Shown: positions 55,054 to 64,000, numbered from the stretch's first letter. The stretch: 64,000 nt of DNA from Opitutales bacterium (GCA_016932335.1 JAFGCZ010000001.1:49714-113713), one strand, 5' to 3'. Notes: a model not told the origin generated them from the letters alone. Numbers and translations are program-made.

Positions 55054-57721
55054 TCGCTCCTTCGTCAAAGCATTCATTGTGTAGGGCTTTGTTCAGACAC
55101 TTTTCCAGCGATTCGAGTTTTATGGGCTTTGTCAGGTAGTCATCCATCCCTGATTGCAGGCATTTATCGGCATCGCTTTTCATCGCATGGGCAGTTAGCG
55201 CGATAATATAGGGCTGTTCTTCCTGGGGAATCTTACAGCGAATGTGTTGTGTTGCTGCAATGCCGTCCATCACCGGCATCTGAATGTCCATGAATACGAC
55301 ATCGTAATGCTTCTGGGCCACTAAATCGATAGCTTCCTTTCCATTATAAGCAGAATCAGCATGGTATCCCATTTTTTTAAGGATCATGTGTACCAGTTTC
55401 ATGTTCACCATGTTATCTTCAGTTACCAGAATGGAGAGGTCTTCCTTTGCTTTTAGATTGCTACCAGAAATTTCTCGAAGAGTTTTGGTTTTATCTTGAT
55501 CATTGGCGAGATGATCTATGCGCATTGGGATTGATACTGTAAACTCGGAACCTATTCCCTCTTGGCTTTGTACTTGTACCATGCCCCCCATGGTTTCCAC
55601 CATATGCTTAACAATAGTCAACCCCAAGCCCGTACCCCCGTATTTTCTGGTAGAGCTGGCATCTCCCTGATTAAAAGCGTCAAAGATCATTGGCAGAACC
55701 TTGGAGCGTATTCCAATCCCAGTGTCTTTTACTTTAAATGTCAGTTCGTAGTAATGCTCATCCAGCATTTCTGCATCAATGTTCAAACAGACGCCTCCTT
55801 TCTCTGTGTATTTGCAGGCATTGTTCAGCAGGTTGATCAATACTTGCTGCAAGCGGCTGAAATCCCCGCGAACTACCTTAGGGCAGCGGTCCGATATCTC
55901 ACGGATGAAGCTCAGTTTTTTTTCTTTGAATCTGGGCGTCATCAATTTGCAGGAAGATTCAATGCATTCATTCAGCACGAACGGCTCAGAATCGATTTCC
56001 AGGCGGCCGGCTTCGATTTTTGAAATATCCAGTAAATCGCTGATGATGGTCAGTAACAATTCACCACTGGAGAGAATTGTCTGCAAAAAGTAATCCTGCT
56101 CCTCCGTCAGCTCTGTCTTGGTCATTAGCTGAGCCATTCCCAAGACAGCATTCATAGGGGTTCGTATTTCGTGGCTCATATTTGCCAGAAATTGGCTTTT
56201 TGCCTCGCTTGCGGCAGTCGCTGCATCGCGGGCTCTTTTCATCGCTTCTTCAATTTCTTTACGGGCGGTAATATCGTGCATGACTACCACGTATTTCTCA
56301 CCAATTTTTGTATGAATCAGCTCAATTTGCAGTAGCCGGCTTCCTTTTCCTTTTACAGAAACTTCTTTGGAGGCCATTCTTTCCAGCGCTGTTTCCTGCA
56401 AATGTTTTTTTACTTCCTCCGAAATACATTTGTTTAGGTTTTCCTGTTTTTTATCGGATGAAAGCTCTGTCAATGTGGTTCCGAATGTGTCTGTGAAGAA
56501 ATGATTCACATACTCGAACTCCATCTTTCCGTTGACCAGTGCCACTGCCATTGGGGAGTGTTCGAAGATGAGTCTTAGGTGTTTTTCACGTTCTTTGATC
56601 TCCCACATTGCAGATTTCCAACGTCTTCTGGCCACGAGAAGAAACAAGATAAGGAGCGTTTCTACCATCAGGAAAGCGCTCACCGGAACAATCCACCAGA
56701 GCCACTTTGCATAGGAGGCCGGTTTCCCTAAAATTAGGCTTCTGAGAGGCAGAGAATCTTCGGAAATACTCCAATGCACTAATGCATCATATTGAAACAC
56801 CCATTGTAATCTTTCGTCATACCGGATACCTATTTCTTCAAACTCCTTTTTGCCTTCAAGAAATTCTTTGGCCAGAAGTCCGGTTTGGACGCCGTGATTG
56901 TGCGCCATCATTTGGTGGCCTCCAATCACTCCTTCAACTAAATAAATGTCCATGCCTGTATAAACTGGAATGGAGGTGTTCTGGGCGATCATTCTCCCGA
57001 TTTCTGCACAGGTCAGAATGCGTTGAGCCTTATCCACTAGACTGGTGCTCAGCAGCAACAAGCTGTCTTCTGGCAGGCCTCGTAAAATGCCAGGGAGTTC
57101 CTCCCAGTAAAAATCCTGAATCTCCTCGATTTCTATATCTGGAAATTTTGCTTTTATCTGACTGCTTAATTGTGCGTTCTCCAGCAATGAGGCTTCGGAA
57201 TTATCTCTTAAAATATAGAGCTTTTTCCGCTCTGGGTGGAGATTTAACGCCATTTCTGCAGTTCCCAGGAGATCGTGTTTTTCTAATAAACCGGCGGCGT
57301 TTGGCTCTTGAATCTCCTTTACCTGAAGCCCGTTAATGCCGCAAAAAAGAATTGGAACCTCTGGAAATAGTTCATTCCGGTATTTGAAGGCAAAATCCAT
57401 TGCCCAGTTGTCTTCGGCGATGATCAGATCCAATCGCTGCCTGCTGTAGCGGCGCCGGATCATTTCCTTAATTTGTTCCTGATGCAACTCTTCGGGACTT
57501 CTTTTTGAGTCCATATACTCAATGTAAACCAGAGGTACGCGATCCATTTCGGCCAGAGCATCGTTAATCCCCTTGGTTTCCAGGTCAGACCACTCATAGC
57601 CGCTGTGGTAGGAGTTTAAAACCAATACCGTAGCATGGTCTCCCAAGAAAGCCATGGCTCCATCGAGAGATTCTATAGCGCACAGAAACAGCAGGAAGAC
57701 TTTGAGAAGACGGTTAGACAC
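55028..57721 (-). CDS. Hybrid sensor histidine kinase/response regulator with a periplasmic substrate-binding-protein-like domain and a PAS domain
   Basis: The GTG start gives the signal peptide SNRLLKVFLLFLCAIESLDGA. The periplasmic domain (VLVLNSYHSGYEWS...) is followed by a TM segment and a PAS-like region. The H-box is [11 protein letters not shown]. HATPase motifs are NACKYT, DTGIGI and GTGLGL. Receiver motifs are ILVTEDN, DVVFMDIQMPVMDG and KP. Confidence 0.85.
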   Translation of the reverse strand: MSNRLLKVFLLFLCAIESLDGAMAFLGDHATVLVLNSYHSGYEWSDLETKGINDALAEMDRVPLVYIEYMDSKRSPEELHQEQIKEMIRRRYSRQRLDLIIAEDNWAMDFAFKYRNELFPEVPILFCGINGLQVKEIQEPNAAGLLEKHDLLGTAEMALNLHPERKKLYILRDNSEASLLENAQLSSQIKAKFPDIEIEEIQDFYWEELPGILRGLPEDSLLLLSTSLVDKAQRILTCAEIGRMIAQNTSIPVYTGMDIYLVEGVIGGHQMMAHNHGVQTGLLAKEFLEGKKEFEEIGIRYDERLQWVFQYDALVHWSISEDSLPLRSLILGKPASYAKWLWWIVPVSAFLMVETLLILFLLVARRRWKSAMWEIKEREKHLRLIFEHSPMAVALVNGKMEFEYVNHFFTDTFGTTLTELSSDKKQENLNKCISEEVKKHLQETALERMASKEVSVKGKGSRLLQIELIHTKIGEKYVVVMHDITARKEIEEAMKRARDAATAASEAKSQFLANMSHEIRTPMNAVLGMAQLMTKTELTEEQDYFLQTILSSGELLLTIISDLLDISKIEAGRLEIDSEPFVLNECIESSCKLMTPRFKEKKLSFIREISDRCPKVVRGDFSRLQQVLINLLNNACKYTEKGGVCLNIDAEMLDEHYYELTFKVKDTGIGIRSKVLPMIFDAFNQGDASSTRKYGGTGLGLTIVKHMVETMGGMVQVQSQEGIGSEFTVSIPMRIDHLANDQDKTKTLREISGSNLKAKEDLSILVTEDNMVNMKLVHMILKKMGYHADSAYNGKEAIDLVAQKHYDVVFMDIQMPVMDGIAATQHIRCKIPQEEQPYIIALTAHAMKSDADKCLQSGMDDYLTKPIKLESLEKCLNKALHNECFDEGATTRKQRDK

Positions 57722-57764
57722 GGGGGTAGGGAGATCATTCGGAAACTTCCTATTCCCGGATGAT

Positions 57765-58652
57765 TCAGGAAGAATGCCCTATTTTATGTAGCGCGTCAAT
57801 CCGTCTGTTTGCACTTTCTCTGTCTTCCGGGTAGGTCACTCCAATCCATTCTCCGTTTGTCCGGGCAACTTCCACACGGGCTGTTCCATTGCTTATACAG
57901 GTGTTAACCGCCAAAGGCAGGTAATACTCGGATTTGCTTTCATGCCCGTGGTCTTTCAGGAAATCAGCAAATCCCTGTTGCAAAACCTCAAACAGATCAG
58001 GCGTAAATCCGAAGAAGTTCATAGACACGGGAGTGTCGGCTTTGATTTCCTCAAGCCTGCCGTCCATTTCCGAAAGAATGCGGGAATGCTCCCGAAAGAG
58101 TTTTGTATGTTCTTCAATGGAAATGAGGCTTCCTTCTGCAGAGATTTCACACACTCCTCTTGAAACAGAGCCATTTTCTGAAAGCGTGCGTTCCAGTTTG
58201 TAGGCGACCATAGCCCAATTTCCCCGGCTCTCTTCTCTTTCCTTGAGCATTTCAGACATCAAGGCAAAGGCTTCTTCACCATAGAAATCATCCGCATTGA
58301 TTACACAAAATGGTTCCTTTACCGCCTGTTTGGCCGCTAATACGGCCTGGCCTGTCCCCCAGGGCTTTGCTCGGCCTTCGGGTACTTTATAAGGTGCAGG
58401 AAGATCGTCCAGTTGCTGAAAAACAATGGCTGTGTCCATCGTTTCTCCGATCCCGCAAATAATTTGGTCCCTGAATTGTTGCTCAAAATCCTTGCGGATG
58501 ATGAAGACAACCTTCCCGAATCCAGCTTTGGCGGCATCTTCGATGGAGTATTCCAACAGTGTTTTGTTGGCTTTTCCAAATCGTTCCAATTGTTTCAACC
58601 CGCCGTAGCGGCTGCCCATTCCTGCTGCCAGAACAACTAAACTTGGTTTCAT
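57765..58652 (-). CDS. Sugar-phosphate nucleotidyltransferase-family protein (NTP_transferase fold)
   Basis: The N-terminal signature is MKPSLVVLAAGMGSRYGGLKQ. Other motifs are PWGTGQAV and VINADDFYG. The ATG at 58652 is preferred because a terminator hairpin occupies 58671-58698. Confidence 0.75.
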   Translation of the reverse strand: MKPSLVVLAAGMGSRYGGLKQLERFGKANKTLLEYSIEDAAKAGFGKVVFIIRKDFEQQFRDQIICGIGETMDTAIVFQQLDDLPAPYKVPEGRAKPWGTGQAVLAAKQAVKEPFCVINADDFYGEEAFALMSEMLKEREESRGNWAMVAYKLERTLSENGSVSRGVCEISAEGSLISIEEHTKLFREHSRILSEMDGRLEEIKADTPVSMNFFGFTPDLFEVLQQGFADFLKDHGHESKSEYYLPLAVNTCISNGTARVEVARTNGEWIGVTYPEDRESANRRIDALHKIGHSS

Positions 58653-58670
58653 GCACGGCATATAAAACAA

Positions 58671-58698
58671 AGAAACAGGCTTTTAAAAGCCTGTTTCT
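58671..58698 (-). terminator. Perfect 28-nt palindrome acting as a terminator for the 101-aa ORF (minus strand)
   Basis: AGAAACAGGCTTTT/AAAAGCCTGTTTCT is followed on the minus strand by TTGTTTT. It lies between the stop of the ORF at 58712 and the start of the next gene. Confidence 0.6.
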
Positions 58699-58711
58699 TA
58701 CTAAAAATGCC

Positions 58712-59017
58712 TTAGGCGAAGTCTATTTGATAAAGATTCCCGGTGGGAGGCCTCATCCTTCTTGCTCTATACAATCGCTCATAGAGAGGTAAGAAGCCTT
58801 TCAGAAAAATATGCTTCTTACTCTGGTTTTCTTCGCTCGACAGCAGATGGTGACATCTTTGGGTCAAGCTGCTTCCCTCAGGGAAGATTTTTTCTTGGGG
58901 AAGCAGTTCTGACAGGATTGTTTGATACACTGATTCATAGATGCTGTGGAACTCTTCTTCATCGAGTTCCACATAGGGAGATCTTGAGTCGTGAGGGGAG
59001 GTTTTGGGTATCATCAC
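58712..59017 (-). CDS. Hypothetical protein (101 aa), no recognisable motif
   Basis: The ORF has its own downstream hairpin terminator and an AT-rich upstream region. It has an acidic N-terminal half, a basic C-terminus and no TM segment. Confidence 0.45.
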   Translation of the reverse strand: MMIPKTSPHDSRSPYVELDEEEFHSIYESVYQTILSELLPQEKIFPEGSSLTQRCHHLLSSEENQSKKHIFLKGFLPLYERLYRARRMRPPTGNLYQIDFA

Positions 59018-59131
59018 TTAAGTATAAGTTGGAGAATATCGGCTTCAATATATACTCAGATTTGATTTTCACGCAATGCTATAAGTTCAGTTTACCGTAA
59101 AAAGTTTATAAACACTAACAAGCAAACGCTT

Positions 59132-61621
59132 TTAATTCTCATTTCCATCTGCGATTTCAATCAAATCAAACAACTCTTTAAGCGACTGAGAGTGGTTTTC
59201 CACCAGTGAATTATCTCCCAGCATCCCTACTGTCGCTTGGAATAATGCGGCTTTTCCTTCCTTTAGGAGTTCGACTCTTTCTTCAACTGTCCCCTCGGTG
59301 ATTAAACGGTAAACAAATACTTTTTTCTCCTGCCCTATACGGTGTACACGGTCAATTGCCTGATTTTCCACCGCCGGTTTCCACCATGGATCAAGCAGAA
59401 AAACATAGTCGGCCGCATGCAGCGTAATACCTGTTCCGCCCGCTTTCAGGCTAACCAGCATTACCGCTGAGCCCTTTTCTCCCTGGAATGCTTTAACCGG
59501 TTTGCTTCGGTCCTTGGTTCCTCCTGTTAATTTGTAGCGTGGCAGGTTGGGGAAGCTTTCCTGTAAACTGTGCTCTACACGATTCAAGAGACTGACAAAT
59601 TGGCTGAAAACCACGGCCTTGCCGCCTGCGGAAATAACTTCGTCCAGCTTGCTTTGCAATACCTGCAACTTGCCGCTGTCTTCCGGTTTCGTTTTCTCTT
59701 TGACCCAGGGAAGCAGTCCAGGATCGCAACAAACTTGTCTAAGCCGGGTCAATATTGCCAAGAGAGACATGGCCGACATCCGCTCATGCCCTTCTTTAAT
59801 TCCAATTTTGCCTTCTGTTGCCACCCTGTTGTAGAGCTTTCTCTGCAATGGGGTCAGTGGGCACCGCAGGACCATTTCCTGTTTAGGAGGCAGTTCTTTG
59901 GCGACCTCATGTTTGCTTCGCCTCAGAATGAATGGCGCAATCTGTGCTTTCAACTGTTGAATGACTTCCATGCGGTTGACCTGCAACATCGTCTCCAGAT
60001 TTCCCCTCGTTCCAAGCAATCCTGGCATGAGGAAACGAAACAGCGTCCATAAATCCAACTCTTTGTTCTCCAATGGTGTCCCGGTTACGGCCAACCGGTG
60101 CTGTGCTTTAATCGCCAGGCATGCCTGCGTCGATTTGGCATCTGGATTTTTGATCATCTGTGCTTCATCCAGTACCGCAAAGCCGAACTCCATGGTCTCC
60201 AGTTGCTTTTTGTGCCGTCGGAGTTGTGTGTAACTGGCCACCCAGATAACAGGTTCTGCACCCGCTTCAAAGGTTTCCTTCTTATGCAGCACTTTTAGCT
60301 TCAAGCTTGGATAAAAACGCTCTGCCTCGGCAATCCATACGGGGACTACACTGGCCGGGCATACAATCAAATGGCTTCGCGGTTCAGTTCTTTTGAGCCC
60401 GGAGGAGTGGAGCAGGTCCAGCACCTGCATCGTTTTCCCCAGACCCATTTCATCGCCCAGCAGTCCATGACAGTCGTGGGCAAACAGATGTTTCATCCAG
60501 TGGACACCTCTTTGCTGATATCCCCGAAGATGCGTGTCTCTCGCCTCCGGTTCTGTTGCCTGCAACAGGTCTTCCTTCCACCATTGCAGTTCAGGCGTAA
60601 AATCAATATGCAGTCCTTCCTGCCCGAAAAGAGAAAACAGCATGTAATGGGGAATGGCCTCGCCGTTTCTCAGCGCTTCCAAATCCGCGATTTTACGGAC
60701 CAATTCCCTTGGTATTCTCAGCAGACCGAAGTCGGGAAAGAGCATTGGCTGGCCATTGCGCCGTAGTAGCTTCAACGCCAGATCTTCCGGTAGGGGGGCG
60801 CCCTCTGCGGAAATATTCCAGTGCATCTGTAGCCCGTTGTAGCTGCTTTCCACTTTGATTTCTACCCTGACATCTTGAACGCCCCTACGCAGCTTTTGCA
60901 GAGATGCTTCTGTATCCACTAGGAAGGATTCTTTCCACTTCGGGAGCAACTCTCTCAGAAAAGTTGGAATCGCGGTGATTTCCCGCAGTATATAGAAGCG
61001 TTTGTCCTGCCGGTAAACGAAATTGGCCTTTTTCAGGAGGCTGGTCAGGCGAATCATCCGTTCGCGTTCTAGGGGATGCTTTAGCGATTGCGCTTTTCCC
61101 TCAAGGGCCGGAACGGTTCCCGATTCATCTTTCCAGAACGCATCAGCTTTTATTCCCTGATAGTGAGCTGATAGCTTAATCAGTAACTCTCGGGCTTTCC
61201 CAAATGTTTCACCTGCTTTTTTGGTCGATGTAATCGGTGGTGAGGGGATTGCTGAAGGCCTTCCTTCTCCTGGGGTTTCCACGCTCCATGCATCTATTTC
61301 ATCGGCAAAAAGCTCTTCCGTCTCGTATAGCCCGGCTATGGCCAGAGCCCGACCCTGTTCCATATTCTCTATGGAGGAGCGGACTTCCGGTTGCATGTGC
61401 GACCACTCAACCACAGAGTAAATCAATTCCTTTCCCTGCTTCATATGGGCAATGATTACATTGTGATCAATCTCGATTTCTCGGATGTCGCCTTCCCGGT
61501 AGAGTTGCCTCCCGAGTTCCAGCTCATGTGGATTGAAGCTCGACTCCCAACCGGCCTTTAGGCGGTCGAGCCAACTTTCAAGAGCTTTAGGTGAATAAAC
61601 TCGTTTTGCGGTACGCTGCAT
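59132..61621 (-). CDS. SNF2-family DEAD/H helicase
   Basis: Motif I is LGDEMGLGKTMQ, motif II is LDEAQMIKN and motif III is VTGTPLEN. The helicase C domain is SLKAGGTGITLHAADYVFLLDPWWKPAVENQAIDRVHRIGQ. The N-terminal ~350 aa lacks a Cys/His SWIM pattern. Confidence 0.9.
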   Translation of the reverse strand: MQRTAKRVYSPKALESWLDRLKAGWESSFNPHELELGRQLYREGDIREIEIDHNVIIAHMKQGKELIYSVVEWSHMQPEVRSSIENMEQGRALAIAGLYETEELFADEIDAWSVETPGEGRPSAIPSPPITSTKKAGETFGKARELLIKLSAHYQGIKADAFWKDESGTVPALEGKAQSLKHPLERERMIRLTSLLKKANFVYRQDKRFYILREITAIPTFLRELLPKWKESFLVDTEASLQKLRRGVQDVRVEIKVESSYNGLQMHWNISAEGAPLPEDLALKLLRRNGQPMLFPDFGLLRIPRELVRKIADLEALRNGEAIPHYMLFSLFGQEGLHIDFTPELQWWKEDLLQATEPEARDTHLRGYQQRGVHWMKHLFAHDCHGLLGDEMGLGKTMQVLDLLHSSGLKRTEPRSHLIVCPASVVPVWIAEAERFYPSLKLKVLHKKETFEAGAEPVIWVASYTQLRRHKKQLETMEFGFAVLDEAQMIKNPDAKSTQACLAIKAQHRLAVTGTPLENKELDLWTLFRFLMPGLLGTRGNLETMLQVNRMEVIQQLKAQIAPFILRRSKHEVAKELPPKQEMVLRCPLTPLQRKLYNRVATEGKIGIKEGHERMSAMSLLAILTRLRQVCCDPGLLPWVKEKTKPEDSGKLQVLQSKLDEVISAGGKAVVFSQFVSLLNRVEHSLQESFPNLPRYKLTGGTKDRSKPVKAFQGEKGSAVMLVSLKAGGTGITLHAADYVFLLDPWWKPAVENQAIDRVHRIGQEKKVFVYRLITEGTVEERVELLKEGKAALFQATVGMLGDNSLVENHSQSLKELFDLIEIADGNEN

Positions 61622-61751
61622 AGTCTATGTACGGAATAAACCCGCCATCCTACCAGACTCATTTTGGGGATCAAGCAGGAACCCAAAAAATGCTCAACTT
61701 ATCCCTTTGCTTGCGCTTGCCACCAGTGGGCTTCTTCTATAGATTATTCTC

Positions 61752-62198
61752 ATGAGCCGACACTTTCAAATGATCAGAAATGTTGAGTTTGCTGAAACCG
61801 ATGCCGCCGGGATTATTCATTTCAGCAACTACTTCCGCTGGATGGAGTCTGCTGAGCACGAGTTTTTCCGTTCTCAAATCAATTACCCCATCTTCGATCG
61901 CGAAGCCCGTACGGGATTTCCCAGGGCTAAGGTGCACTGCGAATTTTTTAAGCCCATTAATTATGGAGATACGGTTACCGTGGCTCTGCAAATTACCAAG
62001 CTGCGCAGTAGTTCCATCAAATTTCACATTACTTTCCATGTGAGTCGGGACGGGACTGATGTTCTCTGTGCAGAGGGAGATATGATTACGGTCTACGCAC
62101 AGGAGGATGATGAAGGTAGATTGCAGGCAATAGAGCTGCCTCCGGTGCTTCGTTCCCTGTTGGAACCTTGGTGTTCATCGGAGGCTTTGTCCAGCTGA
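61752..62198 (+). CDS. Hotdog-fold acyl-CoA thioesterase (YbgC/4HBT-like)
   Basis: The family motif is VEFAETDAAGIIHFSNYFRWME, and the ~148-aa size is typical of the family. Confidence 0.75.
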   Translation: MSRHFQMIRNVEFAETDAAGIIHFSNYFRWMESAEHEFFRSQINYPIFDREARTGFPRAKVHCEFFKPINYGDTVTVALQITKLRSSSIKFHITFHVSRDGTDVLCAEGDMITVYAQEDDEGRLQAIELPPVLRSLLEPWCSSEALSS

Positions 62199-62260
62199 GC
62201 TCAATTTCCGGTTTACAAAGAGCTCGAAATCCTTTTGCATTACACGCATAACTCAGTGTA

Positions 62261-62908
62261 GTGACAATTTCCATATATTCATCAGAAGTAATGCCCGATA
62301 AAGACGATAGCGCTGCTGCATTCAAAGCCACCATTTCTAAAGAAGAAGTCAATATATTGCCCCTTTCCCGGTGGGGTGGCTCGGTGCACTTGATCAATAA
62401 TCAGGATGATGTTCCTGCAGCTGTAGAGAAGCTGCGCAAATGCGGAGTTTTGGGCTTTGATACGGAAACGCGTCCCACATTTCGTAAGGGTCAAAACCAT
62501 CCGGCGGCATTGCTCCAATTAGCCACTGAGGATGAGGTATATCTATTCCAGTTGCTTCAATTGAAGGCATTGGAAGGTGGCTTGGTAGAGTTGTTGGCCG
62601 ATCCCTCGATTGTTAAGGCCGGTGTGGCTGTGAGGGATGATATCAAGAAGCTTCAGGATATTCAGCCTTTCGAGCCTGGCGGTTTTGTTGAACTGGCTGA
62701 TATTACCCAACGGGCGGGAATTATTAATACTGGGTTGCGTAGTTTGGCAGCGATTCTTCTGGGAATTCGCATTTCCAAGAGTGCGCAAATCTCCAATTGG
62801 GCCAAACCGGAGCTTTCGCTGGCACAAATTCATTATGCAGCCACCGACGCCTGGGTAAGCCGGCGCCTTTACGCGTTTCTTGACGGGCAAAATCTTATAG
62901 AGGCTTAA
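62261..62908 (+). CDS. 3'-5' exonuclease domain protein (DEDDy, RNase D/WRN-exo-like)
   Basis: Motifs are LGFDTETRP (Exo I), KAGVAVRDDIKKL (Exo II) and HYAATDAW (Exo III). Confidence 0.8.
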   Translation: MTISIYSSEVMPDKDDSAAAFKATISKEEVNILPLSRWGGSVHLINNQDDVPAAVEKLRKCGVLGFDTETRPTFRKGQNHPAALLQLATEDEVYLFQLLQLKALEGGLVELLADPSIVKAGVAVRDDIKKLQDIQPFEPGGFVELADITQRAGIINTGLRSLAAILLGIRISKSAQISNWAKPELSLAQIHYAATDAWVSRRLYAFLDGQNLIEA

Positions 62909-63636
62909 GATTCTGCCCGTGGTGGCAGTTCTTCTGCAAGATCGATTGCGGTAGGCCATTCCCAGCGTTGTAACAGCCGGCTGAAGCGCTTCTCAAAGGG
63001 GGCTGTTACTTCGATCATTCCACTCCAGGGCAGTACTAGTTTTAGCTTGGCTGCATGGAGCATTAAACCGTACATTCCGGTTTCTTTTTTGAAGACTCTG
63101 TTCTGTTTGGTGTCTCCATGTACTGAATCGCCCAGAATGGGGCGATTCAAGTCTCTTAAGTGTCGTCTTACCTGATGCCATCTGCCGCTGTGTGGTTGCA
63201 CCCCTACGAGGCCATAGCGTGCTTTCTCAAACGGGCCAACCGGCCAAGGCCGTTCTGTTTCGGCAATGGGGAAGCAGTAGGAGAGGGCTTCCACGGATTG
63301 TCCGGTGGTCGGATCATCCATGGCGTTATCCACCCATTGCGCCTCTTTCAGCCATCCGCGGACCACTGCAACATAAAGCTTCTGAACTTGTTTGCCGGCA
63401 AAGAGCTCCATCAGGCTGCTTAAGGCCTCCTTGTCTTTAGCAAACATCAAAGCACCGGTGGTTTGCCGGTCAAGCCGGTGGACCGGGTAAACATGATGCC
63501 CCAGCTGATTGCGCAATACGCTCAGGCATGTTATGCGGTCATGAATCAGTTCACTGCGGTGCACTCCCATGAAGTAGGGCTTTTGAACCACTACACAACG
63601 GTTATCCTCGTAGAGCAATTTCAGCAAATGCGACAT
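62905..63636 (-). CDS. RluA-family pseudouridine synthase (TruC-like, no S4 domain)
   Basis: The catalytic motif is HRLDRQTTGALMFAK. Other motifs are YVAVVRG and HQVRRHL. The start was chosen at MSHLLKLLYED; the ORF track extends to 63675. Confidence 0.85.
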   Translation of the reverse strand: MSHLLKLLYEDNRCVVVQKPYFMGVHRSELIHDRITCLSVLRNQLGHHVYPVHRLDRQTTGALMFAKDKEALSSLMELFAGKQVQKLYVAVVRGWLKEAQWVDNAMDDPTTGQSVEALSYCFPIAETERPWPVGPFEKARYGLVGVQPHSGRWHQVRRHLRDLNRPILGDSVHGDTKQNRVFKKETGMYGLMLHAAKLKLVLPWSGMIEVTAPFEKRFSRLLQRWEWPTAIDLAEELPPRAES

Positions 63637-63748
63637 ATGCGCCCATCCATACACGGCAAGGCACGCCTCAGGCAAAACATTTTAAAAAAAGATATTTTAC
63701 GCTTGAACTGCTCGTCTCAACTGCTTTTATAAGGCGCTTCCAACCTAT

Positions 63749-63825
63749 GGGGGATTAGCTCAGTTGGTTAGAGCGCATGCATGACACGCATGAGGTCGTT
63801 GGTTCGATCCCAATATCTCCCACCA
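63749..63825 (+). tRNA. tRNA-Val (anticodon GAC), with genomically encoded CCA
   Basis: The cloverleaf was folded by hand. The acceptor stem is GGGGGAT/ATCTCCC with one G-U pair. The D arm is GCTC-AGTTGGTTA-GAGC. The anticodon stem is CATGC/GCATG with loop AT-GAC-AC. The T arm is GTTGG-TTCGATC-CCAAT. The 3' end is ACCA. Confidence 0.95.
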
Positions 63826-63830
63826 TTTTT

Positions 63831-63857
63831 AAACCGCCTGAATCAGGTGGTTTTTTT
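63831..63857 (+). terminator. Rho-independent terminator after tRNA-Val
   Basis: The hairpin CCGCCTG-aat-CAGGTGG (one G-U pair) is followed by TTTTTTT. Confidence 0.75.
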
Positions 63858-64000
63858 ATGCCACCCAGGCTGATTGCGGTTTACAGCTATTTTGATTTTC
63901 GTTAGGTTCTACTCCGTTAATCGGGCCCACTGGTTTGGTTCCCGAAGTTCATTCAACCCCTCCTGACCATGTACTGTATACCCGCTAAAGCCGCGCTTTG

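Noticed and set aside
59132-61621. The SNF2 helicase as part of a DISARM/Zorya/BREX-like defence system
   Set aside because: None of the required partner genes (methyltransferase, PLD/nuclease, DUF1998, ZorA/B-like and so on) occur within about 10 kb. The neighbours are metabolic or RNA-modification genes.
1-64000. A scan for CRISPR arrays, IS elements or transposases, prophage genes, rRNA genes and toxin-antitoxin pairs
   Set aside because: I saw no regularly spaced direct repeats, no transposase- or phage-like translations in the ORF track, and no rRNA-like sequence. The only RNA gene I can support is tRNA-Val.

Overview
The window is a 64-kb chromosomal segment with no mobile elements, CRISPR arrays or rRNA genes, and one tRNA. 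The gene content suggests a Verrucomicrobiota (Opitutae-like) genome. That inference rests on a complete dcw cluster that keeps ftsZ, a MurC-MurB fusion, and SusD-less glycan loci with very large TonB-dependent receptors; it cannot be confirmed without a database search.

Layout:
- 1-16.4 kb: a polysaccharide-utilisation-like locus. It holds a NarX/NarL-type two-component pair, two GH43-like enzymes, a 1260-aa TonB-dependent receptor, and GH2, GH51 and GH31(+PA14) enzymes.
- 16.5-33.6 kb: housekeeping and signalling genes. These are a threonine aldolase, a stand-alone EF-G paralogue with an atypical G4 motif, an acyl-CoA ligase, four sensor kinases, a tightly coupled CheY-like/CheC-like/PAS-hybrid-kinase operon, orn, a rhomboid protease, xerC/D and tlyA.
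- 33.7-52.9 kb: a complete 16-gene dcw cluster in the order mraZ, rsmH, ftsL-like, ftsI, murE, murF, mraY, murD, LysM gene, ftsW, murG, murC-murB, ddl, ftsQ, ftsA, ftsZ. Candidate MraZ operator repeats lie upstream.
- 53-64 kb: an MFS transporter, a PP2C phosphatase, another hybrid kinase, a nucleotidyltransferase, a small orphan ORF, an SNF2 helicase, a thioesterase, a 3'-5' exonuclease, a pseudouridine synthase and tRNA-Val(GAC).

I see no clear-cut, self-contained novel system such as a defence island or toxin module. The most unusual items are:
- the receiver/CheC-phosphatase/hybrid-kinase operon, which sits outside any chemotaxis context;
- murF, whose conserved N-terminal domain is encoded upstream of any ATG/GTG/TTG start, next to an AACTG pentanucleotide repeat;
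- a triple-LysM membrane protein inserted between murD and ftsW;
- the MurC-MurB fusion;
- the EF-G paralogue carrying NGLD in place of NKxD.

All functional calls come from motif recognition in the supplied translations. No database search was run.
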